The position numbers and the translations under genes were made by a program. From an uncultured delta proteobacterium (GTDB lineage Bacteria > Myxococcota_A > UBA9160 > SZUA-336), in NCBI GenBank assembly GCA_963707945.1, contig CAVPRM010000002.1, positions 2,492,340 through 2,556,339 of the forward strand: 64,000 nucleotides of DNA. Direction: 5' to 3'. Positions 30,114-40,523 of this stretch are shown piece after piece. How positions within the stretch are numbered: position 1 is the first letter of the stretch; every line of letters begins with the position of its first letter. The notes under the pieces were generated by a model that was not told the DNA's origin, ran no database searches, and saw only the letters and a program-made list of their open reading frames with translations.

Positions 30114-31556
30114 ATGCGATTCGCCATCATCGGTGCGGGCATGTCCGGGATCCTTGCGGCCATCAAGCTCCGCGGGGCCGGCTACGACGACTTCACGATC
30201 TACGAGAAGGCGGAGCGGCTCGGCGGGACTTGGCGCGAGAACACCTACCCGGGGATCGCGTGCGACGTGCCGTCACACCTGTACAGCTACTCCTTCGCGC
30301 CAAACCCCGAGTGGAGCCACCACTTCTCGCCCGGGCAGGAGATCTACGGCTACTTCGAGGGGGTCGCGCGCAGGCACGGCGTCGATGCGCGGATCCGCTA
30401 CGGCGCCGAGGTCGTGCGCTGCGAGTGGCGCGGCGGGCGCTGGCAGCTCGAGACCGCGAACGGTCGGCGCGACACCGTGGACGTGGTGATCGCGGCGACC
30501 GGCGTGCTGCACCACCCGAACGTTCCGGACTTCCCGGGCGCGGAGACGTTCGCGGGCAAGCTCTTCCACAGCGCGCGCTGGGACCACTCGGCCCGGGTCG
30601 ATGGCGCGCGCGTGGGGGTGATCGGCACGGGCTCGACGGCGACGCAGATCACGTCGGCGGTCGTTCCGCGCGCGGCAAAATACGCGCTGTTCCAGCGAAC
30701 GGCGCAGTGGATCATGCCGCAGGCGAACCCGGCCTACACCGAGGAGGAACGCGACGGCTTCCGCCGCGACCCGGCCGGGATCGCCACCATGCGCAGCGTC
30801 ATGTCGCAGGTCTTCTCCGACGGCTTCTCGAACGCGGTGGTCGACGCGAGCTCGCCGCAGATGAAGATGATCGAGGAGCAGTGCCGGCTGAACCTCGAGA
30901 CCAGCGTGCGCGATCCGGCGCTGCGCGAGAGGCTCCGGCCGAGCTACCGCGCGGCGTGCAAGCGGCTGGTCATCTCGCCCGACTTCTACGAAGCCATCCA
31001 GCGCCCGAACGCGGAGCTCGTCACCTCGCCGATCGAGCGGATCGAGCCGAAAGGCGTGCGCACCGCCGACGGCCGGCTGCACGAGCTCGACGTGCTGGTG
31101 CTCGCCACCGGCTTCCGCGCCGACCGCTTCATCCGGCCGACCCGGGTCGTCGGCCAGGACGGCGCGAGCCTCGACGACGTCTGGGCCGAGCGGCCGATCG
31201 CGTACTTGTCGATCTCCATCCCCGGCTTCCCGAACCTGTTCATGCTGAACGGCCCCAACGGGCCGGTGGGGAACTTCTCGCTGATCGAAGTGGCCGAGCT
31301 GCAGATCGCCTACATTCTCCAGCTCGTGGAGCTGATCCACGCCGGCCGCTGCCGCGCGGTGGCGCCCAGCGCGGGCGCGACCGCCGCGTTCGACGCCGCG
31401 CGCACCGACGCCGCGAAGAGCAGCATCTGGAGCACCGGCTGCAAGAGCTGGTACCTCGACCACCGCGGCATCCCCGCGAGCTGGCCGTGGACCTTCGACC
31501 GCTTCCGCGAGGAGATGTCGCGGCCGAAGCTCGAGTGCTACGTCACCACGGGCTGA
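30114..31556 (+). CDS. Baeyer-Villiger / flavin-containing monooxygenase
   Basis: ATG 30114 after AGGA. FAIIGAGMSGI (FAD), BVMO fingerprint FAGKLFHSARWD (FxGxxxHxxxWD) and VGVIGTGSTA (NADPH). Confidence 0.85.
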   Translation: MRFAIIGAGMSGILAAIKLRGAGYDDFTIYEKAERLGGTWRENTYPGIACDVPSHLYSYSFAPNPEWSHHFSPGQEIYGYFEGVARRHGVDARIRYGAEVVRCEWRGGRWQLETANGRRDTVDVVIAATGVLHHPNVPDFPGAETFAGKLFHSARWDHSARVDGARVGVIGTGSTATQITSAVVPRAAKYALFQRTAQWIMPQANPAYTEEERDGFRRDPAGIATMRSVMSQVFSDGFSNAVVDASSPQMKMIEEQCRLNLETSVRDPALRERLRPSYRAACKRLVISPDFYEAIQRPNAELVTSPIERIEPKGVRTADGRLHELDVLVLATGFRADRFIRPTRVVGQDGASLDDVWAERPIAYLSISIPGFPNLFMLNGPNGPVGNFSLIEVAELQIAYILQLVELIHAGRCRAVAPSAGATAAFDAARTDAAKSSIWSTGCKSWYLDHRGIPASWPWTFDRFREEMSRPKLECYVTTG

Positions 31557-32324
31557 GCGTGAAATCCGCCGAGTGCTTCACCTGCTCGCCCGGCGCGGCA
31601 TTGGTGAATTGGACGAGCTCGTCCGACCATTGGCCGAGGACCTCGTGGGTGTTGCCGTACCAGGTCATGGAGCGAGCGTCGATGACGCGCATCGGGCCGC
31701 TCTCGCGATCCGCCGCTCGGAAGAGCACGGTACCGCTGTCCCCGCCGCGCATCCGGACCTCCATCGAGACGTAGCCCGTGTCGGCGAACGCGGCAGCGGT
31801 GCCGAGCGGTACGCCGACGACGACCGGCGCGGCCCAGGCTGCCGTGCCCAGCACGCCGAGCCAGGCCTTGCTGGGCACGAGCTCGACCAGCGCCGCCTCG
31901 ACCAGCAGCGTCTGCGCGTCGATCTGCTTCACGTCGTCGACGATCTGGAAGTGGTGTTTGGGATCGTCGCGGAACGCCTTCACCAGGTCGTCGTGGAACT
32001 CCACCGCGAGGTCTGCGATGTCCTTCTTGACGTCGTACTGGCGCAGGTTCACTCCTGCCAGAGCGTCATCGCCAGCACGTGATGCGTGTCGACCGCGGCG
32101 ACGTACACCTTGGTGTAGCGGTTGAAGTCCGCGTCGGAGGCGATCCACATCCGGTTGAACGGCGCCCGCTCGAGCTCGGGCTTCATCTGGTTCGCGTCGT
32201 TCAGGAAGCCGGCGTCGGGCGCAGGCGGCGCCTCGATGACCTCGGCCTCCATCTTCTCGGTGCTCGCGCAACCGGCGGCGGCGAGCGCTGCGCCCAGGAG
32301 CAAGGCGACGATGAGTTTCGGCAT
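31543..32324 (-). CDS. DUF3313-like lipoprotein, paralogue A; one base missing near 32052
   Basis: ORF 32049..32324 (MPKLIVALLLGAALAAAGCAST...DAGFLNDA...VDTHHVLAMTLWQE*) continues as VNLRQYDVKKDIADLAVEFHDD...HSADFTLSPW in ORF 31543..32271. The span is 3n+2 nt long. It aligns along its whole length with paralogues B and C. Confidence 0.7.
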
Positions 32325-32340
32325 CGCCGCATCCTACACG

Positions 32341-33114
32341 TCACCACGGCATGAGGGTGAAGTAGGCGGAGTGCCGCACCTGCTCGGGGCGCTCGGCGTT
32401 GGCCAGCGCGACGAACCCGTTCGCCCAGCCGCGGAAGTCCTCGAGCGCGTTTCCGTACCAGGTGAGTGAGCGCAGGTCGATCACGCGCATCTTGCCCGTC
32501 TCGCGGTCCGCGAAGGTCGCGATCACCTCGCCCGTCTTGCCGTCGCGCACACGCGCCTCCATGGCGACGGCGCCGTGGGCGATGAACGCGGTCGCAGTTG
32601 CGACGGGGACGCCGATCTCGAGCGGCGCGCCCCAGGCCGCGAGCCCGAGGACGCCGAGCAGCGCCTTGTTCGGCACGAGCTCGACGAGCGCGACCTCTAG
32701 CTGCGCCGTGTCGGCGTCGACCTCCGCGGGGTCCAGGACGATCTGGAAGTGGTGACGCGCGTCGTCGCGGAACGCCTCGATCAGGTCGTCGCGCAGCTCG
32801 TTGGCGACGACCACGAGGTCGTACTCCACCTTGCTCTTCCGGATGTTCAGCTTGTCCCACCAGCTCATCTCGAGCACGTGGTGGACGTCGACGACCGCTA
32901 CGTAGAGCTTCGGGTACTGCGACCAGTCGCGCTCGGGCGAGAGCCACATCCGCTCGAACGGCATGCCGTCGCTCTGCGGCTCGAGCTTCTCGGGCTGCGC
33001 GACGAAGCCCGCGTTCGGCGCGGGATCCGCGGCCAGTGCCTTCTCTTCCGCGCCGCGCAGGCTCGCGCAGCCGGTCAGCGCGATTGCGAGCGCGAGCGCG
33101 TACAGAGCCCTCAC
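32341..33114 (-). CDS. DUF3313-like lipoprotein, paralogue B
   Basis: Probable GTG start giving MRALYALALAIALTGCAS (lipobox). NAGFVAQPEKL...VDVHHVLEMSWWDKLNIRKS...HSAYFTLMPW. Confidence 0.7.
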   Translation of the reverse strand: MRALYALALAIALTGCASLRGAEEKALAADPAPNAGFVAQPEKLEPQSDGMPFERMWLSPERDWSQYPKLYVAVVDVHHVLEMSWWDKLNIRKSKVEYDLVVVANELRDDLIEAFRDDARHHFQIVLDPAEVDADTAQLEVALVELVPNKALLGVLGLAAWGAPLEIGVPVATATAFIAHGAVAMEARVRDGKTGEVIATFADRETGKMRVIDLRSLTWYGNALEDFRGWANGFVALANAERPEQVRHSAYFTLMPW

Positions 33115-33215
33115 GCACCGGGCTGGAGCAAGCGCCGTGCCGAGTCGCTCGCTCCCTGTGGGGCTCGATTCTCCCGCGGCGCGGAGGTTTGAAGAACGGC
33201 CAAGGATTCTGGGGC

Positions 33216-34337
33216 ATGATGGCGCCCAGCGTGAGCGAGTCCGCCCTCTCGGCGCTGCTGCGTCCTTCGATTCAGTGGCTCTTCCTGTTCGCGCCGGCTG
33301 CGTTCGCGCTCGAGGAGGCGGGAGCGCCGGCGCCGCTCGTGTTCTTCGCCGCGGCGCTCGCAATCGTCCCGGCCGCGCACCTGATCGTCGAGGCGACCGA
33401 GCAGATCGCCGCGCGCACGGGCGACGCCATCGGCGGTCTCCTCAACGCCACCTTCGGAAATGCGCCGGAGCTGATCATCGCCGTCGTCGCGCTGCGCTCG
33501 GGGCTGCTCGACATGGTCCGCGCGTCGATCATCGGCGCGGTGCTCGCGAACCTCCTGCTTTCACTGGGCCTGTCGCTGTTTCTCGGCGGGCTCCGGCAGC
33601 ACGACCAGGTGTACAACCCCCGGGCCGCGCGCGTGTACAGCTCGATGATGCTGCTCGCCGTGATCAGCCTGATCGTGCCGAGCGCGTTCGGGCGGTTCTT
33701 TGCGGCGGAGGAGTTCCTGCCCCACGTGCGCGCCCTCAACACGTCGCTGGCGCTCTTGCTGCTGGCTGCGTACGCGCTGTATCTCTTGTTCTCGCTCCGG
33801 ACCCACCCCGACTCGTTCGCGAGCGAGGGCTCGGACGAGGCAAGTCACGAGGAAGGCACGGCGTGGAGCGCGCCGCGTGCGGTCGCGACGCTTCTGGGCG
33901 GATCGCTCATTGCCGCCTGGATGAGCGAGATGCTCGTGGGCGCGGCCGAGGCTACGGGCGAAGCGCTCGGCATGTCGCAGGCATTCATCGGCCTGGTGAT
34001 CGTGGCGATCGTGGGCGGCGCCGCCGAGATGCTGTCGGCGGTCAGCTCGGCGCGCCGGAACAAGCTCGACCTCACCCTCGGGATCGCCTTCGGGAGCTGC
34101 ATCCAGATCGCCCTCTTCGTCGCGCCCGTGCTGGTGCTCGCCAGCTACGCGGTCGCGCCGCAGCCGCTGGCTCTGGAGTTCGGCCGCGCCGAGCTCGGCT
34201 CGCTCTTCCTTGCGGTGCTGATCGGCGCGGTGACTTCCAGCGACGGACGCGGGAACTGGTTCAAGGGCGCCCAGCTCGTCCTCGTGTATGTGATCATCGC
34301 GATGATGTTCTACTTCGCGCCGGTCGGGACGAGCTGA
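33216..34337 (+). CDS. Ca2+/H+ antiporter (CaCA/CAX family)
   Basis: ATG 33216 after AAGGA. Alpha-repeat motifs LLNATFGNAPELIIAV and IVGGAAEMLSAV. About 11 TM helices. Confidence 0.9.
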   Translation: MMAPSVSESALSALLRPSIQWLFLFAPAAFALEEAGAPAPLVFFAAALAIVPAAHLIVEATEQIAARTGDAIGGLLNATFGNAPELIIAVVALRSGLLDMVRASIIGAVLANLLLSLGLSLFLGGLRQHDQVYNPRAARVYSSMMLLAVISLIVPSAFGRFFAAEEFLPHVRALNTSLALLLLAAYALYLLFSLRTHPDSFASEGSDEASHEEGTAWSAPRAVATLLGGSLIAAWMSEMLVGAAEATGEALGMSQAFIGLVIVAIVGGAAEMLSAVSSARRNKLDLTLGIAFGSCIQIALFVAPVLVLASYAVAPQPLALEFGRAELGSLFLAVLIGAVTSSDGRGNWFKGAQLVLVYVIIAMMFYFAPVGTS

Positions 34338-34340
34338 GCC

Positions 34341-35993
34341 GTGAGCCAGCCCGCGCCCGCACTTCGCCTCGACGTCGTCGCGGGCCTCACCGCAGCCAGC
34401 GTCGTCCTGCCCAAGGCGATGGCCTACGCGACGGTGGCCGGCCTGCCGGTCGCGGTCGGGCTCTACACCGCCTTCCTGCCGATGACGATCTACGCGCTGC
34501 TCGGCTCCTCGCGGGTGCTGAGCGTTAGCTCCACGACGACGCTGGCGATCCTCACCGGCACCGAGCTTTCACTGGCCGTGCCCGACGGCGATCCTGGCCG
34601 TCTGCTCACCGCCACCGCGACGCTCACGGCCCTCGTCGGCGCGATGCTGCTCCTGGCCGCGGTTCTCCGGCTCGGCTTCGTCGCCGACTTCATCTCGGCT
34701 CCGGTGCTCACGGGCTTCAAGGCGGGGATCGGGCTCGTGATCGTGCTCGATCAGGTCCCGAAGCTGCTCGGGGTCCACATCGAGAAGCACGGGTTCTTCC
34801 AGGACGCCCTGTCGCTCGCGCGGCACGTCCCGGACACCAGTGTTCTCACTCTGGTCGTGGGCGCCGCGACCTTTGCGGTGCTGATCGGCCTCGACCGGCT
34901 GCGGCCCCATTCACCGGCACCGCTGGTCGCCGTGGGAGGGAGCATCGCAGCCTCGTGGTACCTCGGCCTCTCCGTCCTCGGTGTCTCGACGGTGGGGAAC
35001 GTGCCTCGAGGACTTCCCTCTCTCACTCTCCCCGATCCGGCGATGCTGCGGCAGCTGATCCCCGGTGCGCTCGGCATCGCGCTGATGAGTTTCACCGAGA
35101 CGATCGCCGCAGGACGTGCCTTCATCGCTCGCGGCGACCCGCCGATCGACGCCCGCCGGGAGCTCGTCGCCACCGGCGCCGCCAACCTCGGCGGCGCGCT
35201 GTTCGGCGCGATGCCCGCGGGCGGCGGCACTTCGCAGACCGCGGTGGTACGGTCGGTCGGCGGCCGCACGCAGAAGGCGTCGCTCACCACGGCCGGCGCG
35301 GCCGCGCTCGTCATGCTGCTCTTCGCGCAGCTCCTGGGCCTGCTGCCGAACACGACTCTGGCCGCGGTCGTGATCGTCTACTCGGTCGGCCTGATCCAGC
35401 CGGCGGAGTTCGCGGCGATCCGCCGGGTGCGGTGGATGGAGTACCGCTGGGCGCTGGTGGCTTGCCTGGGCGTACTGGTGTTCGGCACGCTGAACGGCAT
35501 CGTCGTAGCGATCGTCGCGTCGCTGCTCGGTCTCTCCAGTCAGATGGTGCGTCCTGCCGTGTACGCGATCGGCCGCAAGCGCGGAGCCGACGTGCTGCGT
35601 CCGCTCTCGCCGGAGCACCCCGACGACGAGACCTTCGAAGGACTCCTGATCGCGCGGCCCGAAGGACGGCTGTTCTTCGCGAACGCGCAGAGCGTGGCCG
35701 ACCAGCTCAACGCGTTGATCGCGCAGTACGAGCCGCGCGTGGTGGCGCTCGACATGAGCCGCGTCTACGACGTCGAGTACTCGGCCCTGCAGCTGCTGAT
35801 CGAGGGCGAGCAGCGGTCCAGCGGACGCGGCTTCGAGTTCTGGCTGGTCGGCCTGAACCCCGACGCGCTCGAGGTGGTGCGCCGCTCGGGCCTGGCCGAT
35901 CGCCTCGGCCGGGAGCGCATGCTGTTCAACGCGCGCGCGGCGATCGAGCAGTTCCAGGCGCGGGGACCGACGACGGCTGCTACCACGGACTGA
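34341..35993 (+). CDS. SulP-family anion transporter with C-terminal STAS domain
   Basis: 550 aa, starts 4 nt after the CaCA stop. VVAGLTAASVVLPKAMAYATVAGLPVAVGLYTAF. STAS tail RVVALDMSRVYDVEYSALQLL. Confidence 0.9.
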   Translation: MSQPAPALRLDVVAGLTAASVVLPKAMAYATVAGLPVAVGLYTAFLPMTIYALLGSSRVLSVSSTTTLAILTGTELSLAVPDGDPGRLLTATATLTALVGAMLLLAAVLRLGFVADFISAPVLTGFKAGIGLVIVLDQVPKLLGVHIEKHGFFQDALSLARHVPDTSVLTLVVGAATFAVLIGLDRLRPHSPAPLVAVGGSIAASWYLGLSVLGVSTVGNVPRGLPSLTLPDPAMLRQLIPGALGIALMSFTETIAAGRAFIARGDPPIDARRELVATGAANLGGALFGAMPAGGGTSQTAVVRSVGGRTQKASLTTAGAAALVMLLFAQLLGLLPNTTLAAVVIVYSVGLIQPAEFAAIRRVRWMEYRWALVACLGVLVFGTLNGIVVAIVASLLGLSSQMVRPAVYAIGRKRGADVLRPLSPEHPDDETFEGLLIARPEGRLFFANAQSVADQLNALIAQYEPRVVALDMSRVYDVEYSALQLLIEGEQRSSGRGFEFWLVGLNPDALEVVRRSGLADRLGRERMLFNARAAIEQFQARGPTTAATTD

Positions 35994-36765
35994 GGGTGAA
36001 GTACGCCGAGTGCTTCACCTGGACGTCGCGCGGCGTGTTGGCCAGCTCCACCAGCTGACTGGACCACTGGTCGATGATCTCGCGGGCGCTCCCGTACCAG
36101 GTCATGCTGCGGAAGTCGACGACCCGCATCGGGCCGATCTCGCGGTCCGCGCACATCGCCACGACGTCGCCCGTGCCGCCGTCGCGCGCGCGGCCTTCGA
36201 ACGAGATCGAGCCCTGGTCCGTGAACGCGGCGACCGTGCCCAGGGGAATTCCGATCGTCAGCGGCGCGGCCCACGCCGCGGTACCTAGAACACCGAGCGC
36301 GGCCTTGTTGGGAACGAGCTCGACCAGCGCGAGCTGGATCACGATCGTCTTGTCGTCGATCCGCTTGGGGTCTTGGAGGATCTCGAAGTGGTGCGCGGGG
36401 TCGTCCTGGAACGCCTTCTCGACGTCCTGGTGGAATTCGAGCGCGATGTCGGCGATGTCCTGCTTCACGTCGATCGAGCGGATGTTGATCTGCTCCCAGA
36501 TGCTCATGCCGAGCACGTGGTGGGTGTCGACGGCCGCGACGTACATCTTGTCGTAGTGGCTCCAGCTGAAGTCGGGCGCCCACCAGATGCGGTCGAAGGG
36601 CGCGCGCTCGGGGTGCGGCGCCATCTTGTCGGCGTTCTCGAGGAACCCCGAGTCGGGCGCGGGAGAAGCGGCGAGGACCTGCTCCTCCAACTTCGCGGTG
36701 CTCGCACACGCGGCGAGCATCAGCGCCGCGCAGACCCAGGCCCGGTTGGTCGTGCGGTTCTCCAT
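35980..36765 (-). CDS. DUF3313-like lipoprotein, paralogue C
   Basis: MENRTTNRAWVCAALMLAACAST (lipobox). DSGFLENADKM...VDTHHVLGMSIWEQINIRS...HSAYFTLSPW. Confidence 0.75.
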   Translation of the reverse strand: MENRTTNRAWVCAALMLAACASTAKLEEQVLAASPAPDSGFLENADKMAPHPERAPFDRIWWAPDFSWSHYDKMYVAAVDTHHVLGMSIWEQINIRSIDVKQDIADIALEFHQDVEKAFQDDPAHHFEILQDPKRIDDKTIVIQLALVELVPNKAALGVLGTAAWAAPLTIGIPLGTVAAFTDQGSISFEGRARDGGTGDVVAMCADREIGPMRVVDFRSMTWYGSAREIIDQWSSQLVELANTPRDVQVKHSAYFTLSPW

Positions 36766-36811
36766 CGCTCGAGCCTACACCGGCGCGGCGGGTTTGGAGT
36801 AGGATGGAGCG

Positions 36812-37522
36812 ATGGCCGACGCGCATCGAGTCGTCTCGAGAGCGGAGTGGCTGGCCGCGCGCCGCGAGCTGATGACGCGCGAAAAGGACCTGACCCGCGC
36901 GCGCGACGCCGTTTCCGCCGAGCGCCGCGCGCTGCCCTGGCTGCGGGTCGAGAAGACGTACGTCTTTGAGGGTCCGGACGGCAAGGAGTCGCTCGCCGAT
37001 CTCTTCGCCGGCCGCAGCCAGCTCCTCGTCTACCACTTCATGTACCCGGTCGACTGGACCGACGCGTGCAAGAGCTGTTCGTTCTGGGCGGACGGCTACG
37101 ACGGCACCGTGCCCCATCTCGCCGCGCGCGACGTGACGCTGGTCGCCGTGTCGATCTCGCCGTACGCCAGGCTCGAGGCGTTCCGCCGGCGCATGGGCTG
37201 GCGCTTCAAGTGGGTCTCGTCCGCGGGGAGCGACTTCAACCGCGACTTCGGCGTGTCGTTCACGCCAGACGAGATCGCGGCCAAGGCGAAGCTCTACAAC
37301 TTCGGAACGCAGGCCTTCCAGGTGTCGGAGGCCCCAGGCGTGAGCGTGTTCGCCAGGGACGAGAAGGGCGACGTCTTCCTCACGTACGCCTGCTTCGCGC
37401 GCGGGCTCGATCCGTTCAATCCTGCCTATCAGTTGCTCGACCTCGTGCCCAAGGGCAGGGACGAGGCGGGCCTGTCCTATCCCATGGAGTGGCTCCGGCA
37501 CCGCGACGCCTACGAGAAATAG
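36812..37522 (+). CDS. DUF899 domain (thioredoxin-like) protein
   Basis: 236 aa. SRAEWLAARRELMTREKDLTRARDAVSAERRALPW, CKSCSFWAD and GVSVFARDEKGDVFLTY. Confidence 0.85.
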   Translation: MADAHRVVSRAEWLAARRELMTREKDLTRARDAVSAERRALPWLRVEKTYVFEGPDGKESLADLFAGRSQLLVYHFMYPVDWTDACKSCSFWADGYDGTVPHLAARDVTLVAVSISPYARLEAFRRRMGWRFKWVSSAGSDFNRDFGVSFTPDEIAAKAKLYNFGTQAFQVSEAPGVSVFARDEKGDVFLTYACFARGLDPFNPAYQLLDLVPKGRDEAGLSYPMEWLRHRDAYEK

Positions 37523-37730
37523 AGAGCTATTGCGAAAGCCCTGTGCTAGACAGGGTCCCGACGACGCGCTCTCCGGCAAGTCAACCGGTAGCGCTGCGCG
37601 GCTCGGGCTGATGCCCACCGCGCCGAACACAGATCCGGGCGATGGGCCCGTTCGCGGAGTCGCCCCGAGGATCACACTGAGCGGTGGTCCCCCGTCTATT
37701 CGCGGAACGACCGCATTCTGGAGCTTCATT

Positions 37731-38981
37731 TTGACTTCTTTCTCTGACCTAGGACTGCTTCCCGCCCTCGAGCGTGCCGTGCACGACGCGGGCTACACCG
37801 AGCCGACGCCGATCCAGGCGCAGGCCATTCCGGCGCTGCTGGAAGGCCACGACCTGCTGGGCTGCGCGCGCACGGGGACCGGCAAGACGGCGGCGTTCGC
37901 GCTGCCGATCCTGCAGCACCTGGCCGGCGCGGGCCGGCCGGCGCGAGCCAACACCGTCCGGTGTCTGGTGCTCGTGCCCACCCGCGAGCTCGCGGCGCAG
38001 GTCGCCGAGAGCTTCCGGACCTACGGAGCCGGCCTGTCGCTGTCGATCGCGTTGGTCCACGGCGGCGTCGGCGAGAACCCGCAGATCAAGGCGCTCGCGC
38101 GCGGAGTCGACGTGCTGGTCGCCTGCCCGGGGCGCCTCGTCGACCTGATGGGCCGGCGGCTCGCCAAGCTCGACGCGGTCGAGGTGCTGGTGCTCGACGA
38201 GGCCGACCACATGCTGGACCTCGGCTTCATCCCCGACGTGCGGCGGATCGTCGCGCAGCTGCCGAAGAAGCGGCAGACGCTGCTCTTCTCGGCCACGATG
38301 CCAGCGCCGATCCAGGAGCTGGCCAACGGCCTGCTCGTGAATCCGAGCAAGGTGTTCGTGACCCCGCCTGCGACCACGGTCGAGGAGGTCGAGCAGCGGC
38401 TCCACTACGTGGAGAACGCCCGCAAGGGCGAGCTGCTCGCGGAGTTGCTCCGCGGGGACGACGTCGACCGCGCGCTCGTGTTCACCCGCACCAAGCGCGG
38501 CGCGAACCGGGTCGCCGAGAAGCTGACCAAGGACGGCATCGCCGCCGAGGCCATCCACGGCAACAAGTCGCAGAACGCGCGGACGCGGACGCTCGAGGCC
38601 TTCAAGCGCGGGCGCACGCGGGTCCTGGTCGCGACCGACCTGGCCGCGCGCGGGATCGACGTGGACGGCATCACGCACGTCATCAACTACGAGCTGCCCG
38701 AGGTGCCCGAGACCTACGTGCACCGGATCGGTCGAACCGCGCGAGCGGGTGCGAGCGGGATCGCGATCTCGCTCTGTGCGAGCGACGAGCGCGACCAGCT
38801 GCGCGGGATCGAGCGATTGATCCGGCGCAGCGTGCCGGTGGCGGGCGGCAAAGCGCCCGAGCACGGCTCGCGGTCGGAGCGCCCGGCGCCCCGCCAGCAC
38901 GCGCAGGGTTACGGCTCCCGCCCACAGGGCGGCAGCCGCGGCCGGCGTAGCGGCGGCGGCCGGCGCTCCTACGGGCGCTAG
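37731..38981 (+). CDS. rhlE: DEAD-box ATP-dependent RNA helicase (RhlE-like) with RG-rich tail
   Basis: TTG 37731 after GGAG gives MTSFSDLGLLPAL... Motifs ARTGTGKTAAF, DEAD, SAT and HRIGRTARAG. About 200 nt of lower-GC leader lies upstream. Confidence 0.88.
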   Translation: MTSFSDLGLLPALERAVHDAGYTEPTPIQAQAIPALLEGHDLLGCARTGTGKTAAFALPILQHLAGAGRPARANTVRCLVLVPTRELAAQVAESFRTYGAGLSLSIALVHGGVGENPQIKALARGVDVLVACPGRLVDLMGRRLAKLDAVEVLVLDEADHMLDLGFIPDVRRIVAQLPKKRQTLLFSATMPAPIQELANGLLVNPSKVFVTPPATTVEEVEQRLHYVENARKGELLAELLRGDDVDRALVFTRTKRGANRVAEKLTKDGIAAEAIHGNKSQNARTRTLEAFKRGRTRVLVATDLAARGIDVDGITHVINYELPEVPETYVHRIGRTARAGASGIAISLCASDERDQLRGIERLIRRSVPVAGGKAPEHGSRSERPAPRQHAQGYGSRPQGGSRGRRSGGGRRSYGR

Positions 38982-40523
38982 CTAGAGGACCTCAACGCTC
39001 GGCGTCGCTGTTCACTCCGGATCCGTAGGGTTCGCGAACAGCACGCCGAGCTTGATGCTCCCATGCGCGACCTGTGGGTAGCCCGGCGCCGTCGGATCGC
39101 CCGGATCCAGGTTTGACGCGGTGTCGTCGGGCGGGAACAGCACGAGCGAGCCGAGGAACTCGAGCACCAGGGCGCGCGGCACGTCGCCGAGTGCCGCGAA
39201 GCGGTCGCGCGAGCCCTTGGCCTCGCCGCCGTGGCGCAGGATCACCTCCCGCAGGTTGACGCTGCGCCCGTCGTGGCCGTACGGCGCCGTCGTTGCGACG
39301 CCCCACAGCGGCGTCGTCATGAACTGCGTCTGCGTCGTGCCGTCGTAGTTGCGCTCGTAGAAGCCGGGGCCCACGTCGTGGCGCTTCAGGTCCGAGAAGA
39401 AGTTGTGCACGACGAAGGACGCCTTGTTCGGCGTCTTCAGCGTCGGATAGCCCGAGCCGTCGTTCGACTCCGTGAGCTGCAGCGCCGCCGTCGCGAACAG
39501 CCCGTTGAATCCGCCGCGCTGCGTGTCGTAGACCGTCTCCACGTCGGCGTCGCGCCGATCGTGATCGATCGCGAGGTCGGGGACGTGACAGCCCGTGCAG
39601 CCGACCAGGCGGAAGACGGCTTGCCCGGTACGCGTGGACAGGTCCGTCCGATAGGTCGCCGGCTTGAAGTAGTTCAACAGGTAGAACTCGAGGTAGTCGA
39701 CCAGCGCCGTCGGGATCTCGTTCACCACGCCGTCGCCGTCGTGGTCGTCCGTCCCGTTCAGCGCCACCGGAGCCTCGATCCTGTCGAGCGCCCCGTCGAG
39801 GACCATGCCGCCGGGCGTGACCACGCGCGCCCCTTGCGAGGCCGCGAGGGTGAGCGGGTCGACGGCTTCGAGGCCCATCTCGTTGTGGAGCGCGCCGACC
39901 ACGAACTCGCGGATCGAGATCGTCCCGCCGTGCGCGAAGAACGGCCGCACCCGCAGGTCGGGATCGACGCCCTCGACACCGCTGGTGTCGAGGGTGCCGT
40001 TCACGTTGGCTTGGATCGTCCCGTACGAGATCCCCTTGCTGGTGAGGCGCGCGCTGACGCTCGTGCCGGTGCGCTGCGCATCGGCCAGGGCCCGGGCCCG
40101 GATCGCGCGCAGGTCGGCGGTGATCTCGTCAGCCAGCTGCTCCTTCAAGCCCAGGCCGAACAGGTGCGGCGCGTCGCGGCTGTCAGGCCGGGTGGCCACG
40201 TCGCCGCCGAAGCCCGCGGCGCCGCGCGGCCGTCCGTGGCAGCCGGCGCAGCTGTCGGATATTCCGGCGCCCAAGCCGCCGACCTTGTCCAGATCGCCGA
40301 CGCCGTCCTGTGTACGCGGGCCGACGCCCTGGGCGACCTGGAACTTGCGCTGGAAGAGCTGCCGCCCGCGGCGGATCGCGCGCGCCGGGTCGCGGCTGAT
40401 GAGAAACGCCGACGAGCCCGGCGTCATGACGTCGCCCACGCCGGAGCCGATCTCCTGAGTGAGTGACTTGGCGATACCGGCGTTCGCGGTGTTCGGCGCT
40501 TGCGTCCGATCCGTCAGCTGCGC
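38884..40523. repeat. Segmental duplication, copy 1 (helicase 3' end + spacer + DUF1111 gene body)
   Basis: Collinear with 44379..46015. The helicase 3' ends (cggcgccccgccagca...tacgggcg[c/g]tag) and the whole mature DUF1111 coding region match, roughly 85% at protein level by eye. Confidence 0.8.

Noticed and set aside
35980-35993. 14-nt convergent overlaps (BVMO/DUF3313-A at 31543..31556 and SulP/DUF3313-C at 35980..35993) as a regulatory device
   Set aside because: Both arise because the reverse complement of the conserved ...SPW-stop codons creates the first in-frame TGA for the opposing gene. This is a by-product of paralogy, not an independent signal.
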